Shown: positions 27,502 to 39,680, counted from the first letter of the stretch. The stretch is 64,000 bases of DNA from Octopus vulgaris (GCA_951406725.2 OX597821.1:16306001-16370000); one strand, 5' to 3'. Program-made: numbers and translations. Notes: a model not told the origin generated them from the letters alone.

Positions 27502-27872
27502 AAGTAGCTTGCTACCAACAACATGGTTACCGGTTCAGTCCCACTACGTGGCATCTTGGGCAAGTGTCTTCCGCTATAGCCCGGGCCGACCAATGCCTTG
27601 TGAGTGGATTTGCTAGACGGAAACTGAAAGAAGCCTGTCGTATATATGTATATGTATATATTTGTATGTGTGTGGTTGTCCCCCTAGCATTGCTTGACAA
27701 CCGATGCCGGTGTGTTTACATCCCCGTCACTTAGCGGTTCGACAAAAGAGACCGATAGAATAAGTACTGGGCTTACAAAAATAAGTCCCGGGGTCGATTT
27801 GCTCGACTAAAGGCGGTGCTCCAGCATGGCCGCAGTCAAATGACTGAAACAAGTAAAAGAGTAAAAGAGAGA
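27502..27872 (+). mobile_element. SINE family A (right part of the split copy)
   Basis: Continues the family-A consensus from the duplicated target through box B gttcagtccc to the agtaaaag tail. Confidence 0.93.
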
Positions 27873-28184
27873 GTATGTATATACACACTCCAATCATTTA
27901 TATGTCTGTATGTACGAATATATACTCACTCCAATCATTTATATGCCTCTTTGTCTGTCTGTATGTATGTATCTATGAATGTATGTATATTTGTACGCAT
28001 GCGTTCTGAAACAAAATAAAATACTTTCAGATTACCTGACATTTCACATCCTATATTTAAAGGAATTTTTTTCCGGACTACACCACATTATACTTAAAAT
28101 GTGAGACATCTAACAATCTATCTATCTGTCTGTCTGTCTGTGTATATATATGTGTGTATGTATGTATATACATACATATATATA

Positions 28185-28213
28185 TATATATACACGTTCA
28201 TATCTTCGTATGC

Positions 28214-28265
<52 letters not shown>

Positions 28266-28287
28266 GTTCATATCTTCGTATGCATAA

Positions 28288-28337
<50 letters not shown>

Positions 28338-28353
28338 CCATATCTTCGTATGC

Positions 28354-28384
<31 letters not shown>

Positions 28385-28409
28385 CACGTTCATATTTTCG
28401 TATGCATAA

Positions 28410-28453
<44 letters not shown>

Positions 28454-28480
28454 CCATATCTTCGTATGCATAAATATGTA
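28185..28480. repeat. Minisatellite: five copies of a ~27 bp unit separated by variable (TA)n
   Basis: cac(gt/at)(t/c)catatcttcgtatgcataaata near 28193, 28263, 28333, 28385 and 28449. Confidence 0.9.
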
Positions 28481-28561
28481 TATATATGTGTATATATATA
28501 TACATATATATATATATGTATGTATGTATATATACATATATACATTCATATATACTTATGA

Positions 28562-28660
28562 ACGTAGCACCTTGGGCAAGTAGCTAGTACTATAGCCTCG
28601 AGGTGACCAAAGATTTGTGAGTGGATATGGTAGACAGAAACTAAAAGAAGCCCATCATAT
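28562..28660 (+). mobile_element. SINE family A fragment, diverged
   Basis: gcaccttgggcaagt..ctatagcctcg..gtgagtggat.tggtagac.gaaact.aaagaagccc. Confidence 0.8.
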
Positions 28661-31339
28661 GTATATATATATATAAATATATATATTATATGTGTATACA
28701 CATATACATAGGGATTGTGAATGTGTTTGTGAGTGTGGATGTGAACGTGTTCATGTTACTCGGTAATAAAACTGAAATATTGAACAGTATTCTTAGAATC
28801 CATCGCTCTCTCTGCTTCTCTCTCTCTCTTTCCCTCTTTCTGTACCTCTATTCTCACATCAAAACATACGGGCTTTCACATACGCTCACACGCAGAGTTT
28901 GTGTGAGTGAGGGAGGTAAGTGACACATGCTTGAATGATGAAAGAATAAAGAAACAGGTGTACATGAGCATAAGTGTGCGTGTGATTTGAATTTATGTGT
29001 GCGTGTCTGTGTTCTCACGTTTCTATATTAGAAGAACGAAAGATGAAAAGGCTTTATAGATCGAAGCCGAATGAGATAGCTACCATTAAATTAGTGTGCT
29101 GGGATTAGATAAAGCTACATAAAGCTACATCTGAAAGGGAAGCAATTTTGCCATCAGGTAGATCAACAGGAATATGCGCCATTGAATCAGATAAGATCAT
29201 GTAAATAGATTTATTAAAATATGAAAGTATAATACGTGTTACAATTGCCTACAGTGAAAAAACTTTGGAAACCATTATTCTGAAAATGCTATTTAGGCAA
29301 ATGTGATTAATTTGTTTGTAAGCTATGCTTCGCCAATATTTAGATAATTAAGATATTGCAGCCAAATGTATAACTTGTTAAGACTACAGAGAAGAAAATA
29401 TTATGTTTAGTAATATATTTGATTACTTCCTGCATCATAGACATATTTTGAAATTTCCTGCAAATTATGACGTTCTATATTATTTTGCATGACTGAAATA
29501 TCTAATTTTCTTGTCAGAGGTTACACTGGTGTCGGGTTAAAATAACTACATAGTTATAAGAAATGATTTCACCTCTTTAGTTAATAGGTTATATTTTGAC
29601 TGGCATAAGTCTGTGTGAACTGGTGATATGCGGGTTGGGTGCAGGGTAATTAACTTCATGGATTTGTGTCTATTATATCGGCGGCATTTCCTTGGTATTT
29701 ATTTTACCATCGCATATTGATTAGTAAAGATTTTCCATACAGAAAGAGTGGAGTTTCTGTCTAGAAATTGGTCAAACCGTAACAATAGTAGAAGGCTCTG
29801 GCCTAAGGGACCGTGTAAATGAATTGAATAATATGCATTCGAAACAAGCATGTTAACCACATTTCAATTTGCAGTTATGATTCTAAGCTTACCGCATAGA
29901 TACACGTTTCGAAGGGAAAGTAAAACTGGTTATTTAAGAGTGCTTTACCCATCTTTGATTCTTTTACATTATAGACCTCGAATAAAGAGATAGTAAAATT
30001 GAACTCCAGAGAACATAAAGATCTCCAACAATGTATATGAGAGACTTTTCAAACCACTCTACCATTTCTGTCAACTCACCGTTCTATTCCTGAGAGACTT
30101 TAACGCTATTTCTTGAGGATTACATTTAGCCAAATTCTGATGACGTAAAATATCGGGAAGATTGGTATTTGAGGCTCAGCTGAATCAAATAAACTTATTA
30201 ACCCTCTTTAATTGTATTTATATTTCGCTGGAGAGTAATAAGAATATGCATACAAGCTTATCGGTTGATTATTACTGACGTAAATAAAATGTCATTAACC
30301 GTAGTTGAATTTATCCGAACCATAATAACTCCAAGGGAAAAGAAACTCTTCTACGTATGTTAGTTGATGAAATAACATTTAAAAGTCAATGGTTAAGCCG
30401 CATGGGCTAAAATTTATATATATAAACAATGGGCTTCTTTCAGTTTCCGTCTACATTTAACCAACATTCTATAGTTTTCAATTTCTTTTTAATAACTGTA
30501 CAGATATTATTCGAGGATGATTTAGAAGGTATTTCTAACAGGACAGGTGACTATTTAAAAGGTCATGACTGGCTTGCAAGAGAGCTCTGTTCTCTATTTG
30601 CAATGCTTGTAAAGAATACAGAATAATACTGATAAGTATTGTTTGTAAGTTAAGAAAATATAATACTAAACATGGATCGTGAGTATTTGAACTTGGTGTG
30701 TAGAAGCTATCACTGTAAGAGAGTACGCATAATTGGTTCTGATCCTCACAATTTACACCTCTACGTGACCTTGTGGGGAAGCTATAACAAAAAAATAAAG
30801 CTCTCGTCTTAAAAAAAACAAACTGCTTTCTGTTTGTCTCAAATAATGTTATTCTGTTTTGTAAACACATTGCTTATGTATATTAAAATATTATCATTAT
30901 TTATTCGTATCTTTATATCTTTTGCTCATGTCTTTATGTTTTCATGTATATGTAAATTTTTGCGTCTCTATACATTTTAAATGCGTAGCTATTGATGAAG
31001 AAAAAAACATAACGTAGGTGATCTATGTATTCTAGACATGTGAATGATATGATAGTTTTATCAGTACTATCAATAGCAATATACTGCCCAATTTTCTTCT
31101 GCGTGACTATAATATTGTACATAAAGAGGAACAGCCTGATGGAAGAATAGCTTAAATTTATGTATTTATGTAAATATAATACTCTTGCAATGCATCTTTT
31201 TGTTATGTTTATACCGTGCGGCTTGTCTAAATGTTAACATTATGATAGACTACAGGCGCCAACTTAAAATAAAATCACGACTATTTAATAAATATGGTAA
31301 TCTCTTAACATTGGACGTCACATATAAGCAGAATTACGT

Positions 31340-31366
31340 TATGTATTATTATTATTATTATAATTA

Positions 31367-31406
<40 letters not shown>

Positions 31407-31452
31407 ATCATCATCATCATTATTATTACTACTACCACCACTACTACTACTA
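31340..31452. repeat. (ATT)n/(CAT)n/(ACT)n compound microsatellite
   Basis: Directly visible. Confidence 0.95.
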
Positions 31453-31904
31453 ATATCTATCTTGTTTACTTAGTACGAAATTATCACTATTTTTCATAAA
31501 AAATTTTATCTTATTTTCTGTTTACTTGGCGTAAGGATTATTTTGCCAACGGGTTCTATCACTTAGTTTATGTTTAATACAAAAGTGTAAACACCAAAAT
31601 AATTTCTGCAATAACATGAAACAAACTTTATACCTAACCTAAGTTTTGCGTTACTACGAATATATAGCATTAGCAGCAGAATCAACAGAGACAAAACTTT
31701 AAAATCAATATGATTTTAAAAGTATTTAACCATTCTTGCAAGCTAGACATACACAACGGCATAGCTTTTTTTAATGTTATTTTATTTTGACAGCCTTTCT
31801 GCATTACCTACTGCATTAAATGAAGTGTTAAGAAATGTGCGAAACAGTTATGTTGACACAAGCACACATACACACGTACAAGCACACATATATACATGCA
31901 TACA

Positions 31905-32062
31905 TGTGTGGTTGTTTGGTAAGGAGATTGCTTCGTAACCATATGGTTACTTGTTCAATCCCACCGCCTGGCACATTTTGGGTGGGTGTCTTCTAATACA
32001 GCTACTGACCACCCAAACATTGTCAGTGGATTTGGTAGGCAGAAACTGAAGGAAGCCCGTCG
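31905..32062 (+). mobile_element. SINE family A 5' half, diverged
   Basis: gttcaatcccac..gtgtcttcta.ta.agc..gtggatttggtag.c.gaaactgaa.gaagcccgtcg. Confidence 0.75.
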
Positions 32063-32241
32063 ATTATATTTAATTCAAGTATTGAGGATGGATTTTCCTC
32101 GTAACACATTACTTGGAACAAACCAGATACCTACTGGTGTTAACAAATATATTAAAAGAAAGTTCCACAATATGTATATATAAACAATCCAATAATGTGT
32201 TTATATATATTTTGCCTTCTCCAATAAATATATATAAACAC

Positions 32242-32296
<55 letters not shown>

Positions 32297-32332
32297 CCTT
32301 CTCTAATAAAAAAAAATGAACAAAGTAAAATA

Positions 32333-32842
32333 TAGTGGATACTTGGTTAAATTCATTTGTATCACAATGAGAAAATGATACATATAAGATCCATGATATA
32401 GAGGAACCGGATCAACAAAAGAAATAACCAAAAACAACCCTACATATGTTTCAATCCGGCTTTAGGCTTGAATCATCAACATTCAAGCGATTTTAGATGT
32501 AAAAAAAACACACACACATTCTTCAGGGATAGATGTGTACTTTTAAGTGTTGAAGAACGAAATAACTAAGGTAAGGATCGTGTTTTCATATATTCAAACG
32601 TAAACAATAATTTATTAGGACGCCGAGTCCATGTGAGGAAATATTATCCATTGAAATTTTGCTAAAATACTATGATGCATTTGAAAAAATATACATATAA
32701 GTGATTAAGGGATGTAAAGAAGTCTTTTAATTATAATATGGGATGTTATGGGCTGTTAAGAATATTGAAGACAGAACGAGAAATGAAATAGACTTTTAGG
32801 GGAAAAACATAAATGATTTGGGGAAATAAAAGAGATAGATAA

Positions 32843-32886
<44 letters not shown>

Positions 32887-33901
32887 TATAATAACTATTA
32901 ATTATTTATCATTTCTACGTACTAACATAAACATTCCAATATTCAGAGAAAAGTTATAATATTTGTTATTATTTAGAATTTCGATGGACTAAGATATATT
33001 TTCCGTTATTCTAAGAAAAAAGTATTAGGTATATAAAAACATTTTATTGCACTTACCTGTGAGACGAATGTATAATTTTATGTCAAAAAAAATTTAATGC
33101 AATGTAATTTAAAATAGTAATATCCAGTCACCTCCCTTTGTTCGTATGGGTATTTTTTTTTCCTCTAAGTTTTATTATGAGGAAAAAATTCTCATGTGTT
33201 TTACTACAGAAATGCATCCAATAAGATTTGTAGATAATACGGGCATCTATATACACACCTGTAGTTTTAAGATGCATACGTAGATAGACAAAGTTTCAAT
33301 AGTAGTTGATATTGGTTTATAAGATTTTTAGAAAAGAAAAGATAAAAAGTTCTATTAAAAACTTTTTTTGAAATAGGGCTTACATGGAAAAATATAAATA
33401 GTGGGTTATTAAATAAATTATATAAAACAAAAGGGTAATTATATATTTAATGATAAAATAAGTATTAAAACTTTGATAAATTTGATAGGTTTCTGCCAGT
33501 ATAGGCCCAAGCCATGTCTAACTGAATAGCACAACCTGGTGCAGCGAAATTTGTCTCTTGCTTGTTCACGAAGTTCAAACTCAGTCAGAGCTGAATGCAT
33601 GTCGTGAACTGAAAGAGCAGTTGAAAGTTGATCCGGACCTTTCTTTGAAGATCAGTCATCATTGGTGACGAAAGCCGGTGCTACGGAATATGAAGGGGTG
33701 GAAGAGGTTTAGAAAAAAAAAGACGACCGATTGGTATTAGAGCGTTTGAATTTTATAAGTTCAAATTTAAGGGATCAATGTATTAAAGTTACACTTATAT
33801 TATGGTATATAATATGGTTTATATGATCCGGTTCCTCTCTATCTTGAATCTTATAAATATTATTTTCTCATCGAGATACAAATTTAACCAAGTATCCACT
33901 G
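32333..33901. mobile_element. ~1.57 kb element bounded by ~80 bp inverted repeats (Penelope-like with inverted end, or pogo-type MITE)
   Basis: 32333-32414 and 33824-33901 are reverse complements with TA outside each. A hammerhead-like motif lies on the minus strand at 32438-32480. Confidence 0.65.
33538..33726 (+). mobile_element. mariner transposase fragment
   Basis: AAKFVS.L...NACRELKEQLKVDPDL....IGDESRCYG resembles the mariner WVP..TGDE region. Confidence 0.8.
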
Positions 33902-33984
33902 TATTTTTTTTATTCCTTGTTTTCGTTTATTAACTTCGTTATTAACTTTCTTTCGTTTATTCATTTATTAACTGTGAGCGCACG

Positions 33985-34131
33985 CACATAAGTGTATGTG
34001 TGTGTGTTTCATTTAACACCCCCACCACCACCACCACCACTTGACAAGCGCTGTTGTGTTTACGTCCCCATAACTAAGCGGTTCAGCAAAGTGATGATGG
34101 AATAAGTATTAGGCTTACAAAGAATAAGTCC
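33985..34131 (+). mobile_element. SINE family A 3' portion, diverged
   Basis: cttgacaa..gtgtttacgtcccc.taact.agcggttc..aataagta.taggcttacaaagaataagtcc. Confidence 0.8.
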
Positions 34132-34856
34132 CCCGTCATTTTTTTCTTCACCTCTTCCACCTCTGTATATTCCGTAGCACCGGCAATCGTCACCAGTAAT
34201 GACCTTCAAAGAAAGGTCTGGATCAACTTCTAACTGCACTTTCAGTTCACGACATGCAATAATTACTGACTTCTTTTAGACTTTCGTGAGCAAGCAAGGC
34301 ACAAATTTTGCTGCAACTCTTTTCATTTGCATTTCCTCACTCAAAATCCGTTGACAGGAGGTTCCAAATACACCGTTCATATTAACAAGTTCGTCAATTG
34401 TTCAGTGACAGTCCTCCAAGATGAGTTCAATTTTTATGATGTTCTCATTCGTTCGGGAGGTTGACAGTCGTCAGGGACGAGGTTTCTTTTCAAGCGAAAA
34501 GTGACCATTTCTAAAGCCTGAAAACCACTCGTCAATTTACGTTTTGCTCATGGCAGCGTTCTTGTAAACTATTTGAAGCATGATAAGTGTTTCGGCCGCT
34601 ATGCTTCCCCAGCAGAAAACAGAAATTCAGGGAAGCACGTTGTTCTTTTGTTTCAGCCATCACAAAAATCAACGAACATGGAAGAAGCATCGAAAATCAA
34701 AAACGCACCACGTAGAAGTAGAACCTTACTGGACGACGTCAGTCAGTATACCGATGTCTGAGGGTTGCATCAAGTAGCTTCTAGTGGCGGAAGCCTAAAC
34801 TGCGACGGGCCAGTCCCTCAGAGAATGTTTACAGTTACTTTTCGGTGATCCCTCGT
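34132..34856 (-). mobile_element. mariner element, internally deleted, 5' TIR retained
   Basis: Minus strand starts ta|cgagggatcaccgaaaagt and encodes a degenerate QRASLNFCFLLG..AETL.ML..VY...AMSKT...EWF..FRNG..ILSEEMQMKRVAAKFVP..ITGD. Confidence 0.85.
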
Positions 34857-34879
34857 ATACACGCACGCACACACACACA

Positions 34880-34938
<59 letters not shown>

Positions 34939-35908
34939 GAGTAGATTTGGAGTAGTATTTCTCTCTGTCTTTTATCTAAATACTATATCAACCCCATGAA
35001 TGTTCCATGTAGAATTTCCGATTGTCATCAGAAATCTATTCAGGCCACACCATCTTCAAATGCTTAATATTTGTACTCACACACTGTTCTACATTCTCTG
35101 CTTGATAGGAATTCTTATTTAATTTGATAATTTCTTACTCTGTGTCTGTGTGTGTGTGTATGTGTTTGTGTGTGTGTAGGGAGATACATTCCAACACTTA
35201 CCCTGAATATAGCGCTTCCATATTTAATACTGTTTTTCTCATTTTTATTTACAATTTTATGTACGCAGAAAAATATATCTATTAAATGAAGTTAAAAATA
35301 TTAACGTTAGATTTTAGGTACAATGTAGTTATGTAACTCGCAATATACGCATAATAAATATGTCATAAATTAAGGTATATATACATATATATGTACACAG
35401 TAGTATATCATGCATTATATATTACAAATCTACTCAACCAAAATAGTAACTACTTTTGACATATATTGGTAGTCCAGCGATTACATAAGCATTTATAAAG
35501 ATAGACCTAACTGTACAATATCTTACTCAATCTAAGATTGGATCACTTGAAAGATTGTTTACATCATATTACGTAAATTAAGTGAAGAATATTCAAAAGG
35601 TATTCTTTAAATAAAATCTTCGTGGTCTATATTTGGAATAGTGAACAGAAATTCACTCTAAAAATATATTTGAAGACGTAATAGCAAAATGAATGAGCAA
35701 TTGGTCTCTTTATGCATGAAAATAAAAATATACAAAAATAGTCCAATATGATGCAGCATATTTCCTTTCCCGTTGCCAAATAATAACTTACAAATCAAAA
35801 CGCGGATGGTATTTGCTAAAATACGATTAATATATAGCGTAATGTGTTTACATGGATACGAGTTATTGAAGGAACGCAAATGTCAGCGCCCATTTTAATT
35901 CTACTGGA

Positions 35909-36289
35909 TGGAAGCACTCCGTCGGTTACGACGACGAGGGTTCCAGTTGATCCGATCAACGAAACAGCCTGCCCGTGAAAGTAACGTGTAAGTGGCTGAG
36001 CACTCCACAGACACATGTACCCTTAACGTAGTTCTCGGGGATATTCAGCGTGACACAGAGAGTGACAAGACCGGCCCTTTGAAATACAGGTACAACAGAA
36101 ACAGGAAGTAAGAGTGAGAGAAAGTTGTGGTGAAAGAGTACAGCAGGGATCACCACCATTCCCGCCGGAGCCTCATGGAGCTTTAGGTGTTTTCGCTCAA
36201 TAAACACTCACAACGCCCGGTCTGGGAATCGAAATCTCGATCCTACGACCGCGAGTCCGCTGCCCTAACCAGTGGGCCATTGCGCCTCC
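35909..36289 (-). mobile_element. SINE family C (tRNA-Arg-like head, TCG at anticodon position)
   Basis: Near-identical to 45190-45570 and 55748-56129; probable TSD taattcta. Confidence 0.93.
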
Positions 36290-36587
36290 TCTCTAATTCT
36301 AATATTCAAACGAGGAACTGATTCTCCTGAGATGTTTTCCCTGAATTTTTGTTCAGCGTTATAACCACAAGCTTCAAATAAAATACGTATATAAAAATAC
36401 ATGTATATATAGTTACACGCAAACGGACAGACACACATACTCACGCGCACAGACACTTATGGTTTTTCTCTCCTTGTCTATTTTTACTTACAGAAGAGAA
36501 GTGATACGCGAAACGTAAAATTCATTTACTTCGTTTTCTTTTATACCGTGTGCCTATATTAAAAATTATTATTATTAATATTATTAA

Positions 36588-36645
<58 letters not shown>

Positions 36646-36659
36646 GTTGTTATTATTTA

Positions 36660-36930
36660 TCATCGGTTTTGTTGGGGCTCCTGGAGTCTTGCATGCCTAA
36701 CAGTACATTGCTATACATTTATCTCATTTTTATTCTAACTAAAAAACATCAGATCATCCTTGTAAAGCCGATGGTTAAATTTTGCTTTTCTGAACTAATA
36801 CCCAGCCTTTACTTTCCTTTATACTAAACTGAGGGGGATTAACGTAAGAAAAATATAGAATGGAATAAGGAGTCTCCTTGTAAAATTCCTGTTGAATATA
36901 GTGAAAATTTCCATGAGTTTCTTATAATCT
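36660..36930 (-). mobile_element. R4/Dong-like non-LTR RT core fragment
   Basis: Minus strand reads GILQGDSL....LIPLSLV.RKVKAGY and KFNHRLYKDDLMF (compare GIFQGDSLSP..INHLLYMDDLKLF); abuts (ATT)n. Confidence 0.7.
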
Positions 36931-37029
36931 ATCCATGTTTTTGTTAATATTTTCTTTTGTTAAATTATCATTATATTATTTTTCTATTATTAAATTATTA
37001 ATTATTATTGTTTATTAATATTTACGTCT

Positions 37030-37335
37030 AATCTGCATGTTTGCTACGGTCACTAGCCGCGACACATCCAGTGTCCTGGGGCAAGTGAAGGATAAGAGAT
37101 GTTATAGTATGACAGAAAACTTGGGGAGCGGAAGTAGTGAAATATCTTCATGTAATACAACACATACGTTTAAATGGATAGGGTTTTTTTTAAGTATGTG
37201 GGCAGTACTTGTCAGCACAATCTCTTGGATTTCTTTGAGACATGGTTCTCCAGTTATCTTATCTAGATGTTTCTGACATCACATTTTTATCATACTTAGG
37301 GCACTTACAATAACAGGAACAGTTCTTGTTTTATC
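37030..37335 (-). mobile_element. R4/Dong-like C-terminus plus 3'UTR
   Basis: KTRTVPVIVSALSMIK..QKHLDKITGEPCLKEIQEIVLTSTAHILKKTLSI* is a typical RLE-clade C-terminus; flanked by TAA-rich tracts. Confidence 0.8.
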
Positions 37336-37373
37336 ATTATTATTCTTGTTGATGTTATTATTATCATTATTAC

Positions 37374-37413
<40 letters not shown>

Positions 37414-37964
37414 GATATCAAACCATAGTAGGTGTATTAATCTTAGCCTAATATTCTGCATTTAATATTTCTTCCTTCGGTAGTTATTTATACCCAATAA
37501 AGAAGATACGCCAGTGCTACTGGCCCTACCAACATGTTATCTGCAATGCTTGTCTATTAAAAGTCTAGCTACGCTGTCAGTAGTTAGGGAATTGTTACAG
37601 AGGCAAAGAAACCGCATGGAACTTAAGACTTACATCGAAAGAAAATCGATAAGAAATAAATGTTAAATTAGAACGCAGTTGTTTTCAATACAAAATATGG
37701 ATTTATGGAAGCACTGTGTGATCTGTGCACTGTGTATCGAATTGTACCAGTATTTGTGTATTTGTGCGCCTTTGTGAGTGTACATGTATCAATGTATATG
37801 TTCGCATACAAAATAAATGAGGTACGAATTATCGAACAATATTAGAGTCGTTTTGGCTAGAACTTACGTCCGTAAAATAATACGTTGCATTCTAAAATGC
37901 AAAGTATGAGAAAGTTGAAGTAAGAATTAGGTAATATTCTAACTACATTTCCAACATATAACAC

Positions 37965-38480
37965 CGCATACATCGTTGGCAAAATGCTTAACGGTATTAA
38001 AGCGGCAATAAAAAAGGGGTCGATAAATTAAGTACCAGTTACGAACTGGGGTCGATATAAACGACTTAATACCTATGTCTGTCCTTGTTTGTTCCCTCTG
38101 TGTTTAGCCCCTTGTGGGTAATAAAGAAAAAGGTATTAAAGAGGCAAGCTGGCAGAAACGTTAGCACGCCAGGCGAAATGCGTATACCGTATTTCGTCTG
38201 CCGTTACGTTCTGAGTTCAGATTCCGCCGAGGTCGACTTTGCCTTTCATCCTTTCGGGGTCGATTAAATAAGTACGAGTTACGCACTGAGATCGATATAG
38301 TCGATTTAATCCGTTTGTCTGTCCTTGTTTGTCCTCTCTGTGTTTAGCCCCTTGTGGGTAGTAAAAAAATATGTATTTCGTCCGTCTTTAAATGCAACCG
38401 GCTTGGACTTATCCATTCATTCTTCTGCGGACGATTAAATAAGTACCGGTTGAGCCTTGTGCCAAACTTTGATACTAATA
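37965..38480 (+). mobile_element. Cluster of family-B SINEs (partial, full, partial)
   Basis: ggggtcgat..taagtacc and gccccttgtggg tail repeated; near full-length copy at about 38138-38375. Confidence 0.88.
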
Positions 38481-38613
38481 TTTGCATTGGATTCGTACAA
38501 CACTTCTATCATATTGCTTATTGATTAGATTTTATTCCATGCATTTTGTTTCAGGAATTTACTTAATGAATATGTGAGACAATGTTTTATAAAAGAGACT
38601 TAGTGGATGAATA

Positions 38614-38927
38614 CACATTCTCCTCGACTTACTACCGAGTTCCGATCCAGCTGACAGGCCGAAAGTCCATCTGGTCATATATAGGATTTATAGTTTTCAA
38701 CACTATTTTCTTTGAAATGCACTGATGCTTGAAAGCAAAAGAATGAGAGGCAGTGGCAGGCAGTGGACGCGTTGTCAGATGCTGCCATAGCTATCACAAG
38801 TGCAGCAGCCCAATATCCGAAAATCTTTTCTTTTTTTTTCATTTATCTATTTATTTACTTCCTCATATTTGTGGTCATAAGTGCCGATGGTCGTAAGTCG
38901 CATTGGTTGTATGTCGAGGAGAGGATG
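38614..38927. mobile_element. pogo/Tigger-like MITE
   Basis: Imperfect TIRs ta|cacattctcctcgactta and tatgtcgaggagaggatg|ta, with subterminal gtcgtaagtcg. Confidence 0.6.
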
Positions 38928-39189
38928 TAAGTGGATGTTGGTAAATAAATATATTGCAGTCTTGTTCTTTTAGCATGCCGATGACTGCATGCAGCCTTCA
39001 TGAAAGAAACACTTACTTAATACTTTGATCAGGAACGATAAAAAATTTCTTTTTGTTTGTTCTTAGTATATTTTACGCGTCATTCAATTAAAATTGTGTG
39101 CCAACTACACTAGTATTTCCATAATACTTCCATATTTCTACATACGATCCTTCCTTAGAAGAACAAATTTATAATTTCCAGAATGTTAA

Positions 39190-39375
39190 TTCTTATTACT
39201 ATTGGTACCAAGCCTGAAAATTACGGGGAGGCGATAGTCAGTTACATTGACACCAGTATTTAAGTGATGTTTATGTTATCAACACAGCAGAATTTGAACT
39301 AAAAAACGTAAAACTGGAGGAAATGTCGCCAAGGATTGCCCATCGTATTAACGATTCTGCGAGCTCGTCACCTTC
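39190..39375 (-). mobile_element. SINE family B, tail type 2, diverged
   Basis: caagcctgaaa..acattgacaccagt..gaatttgaact..aacgattctgcgagctcgtcacctt. Confidence 0.7.
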
Positions 39376-39424
39376 CTCATCAATATTAACGATAGCTGAT
39401 AGCGATACATTTTCTTGTAATATC

Positions 39425-39628
39425 TTTTAACTGTTTCGGTCATTAGGCTGGAGCAGTACCTTGAAGAATGTTTACTCGAGGGTTTCCATCTTAGGATTTT
39501 CTTTTTAAAGACTGGTACTTATTCTGTCGGCCTTTTGTGCGGAACTGCTAGGTTAGCGGGACGTAAACACACCAGTACCGGTTGTTAAATGATTTTGGTG
39601 GCGGAAGACAAACTCGTGCACGCACGCA

Positions 39629-39680
<52 letters not shown>

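Noticed and set aside
28185-28480. CRISPR-like repeat-spacer array
   Set aside because: Spacers are pure (TA)n, there are no cas genes, and the context is eukaryotic.
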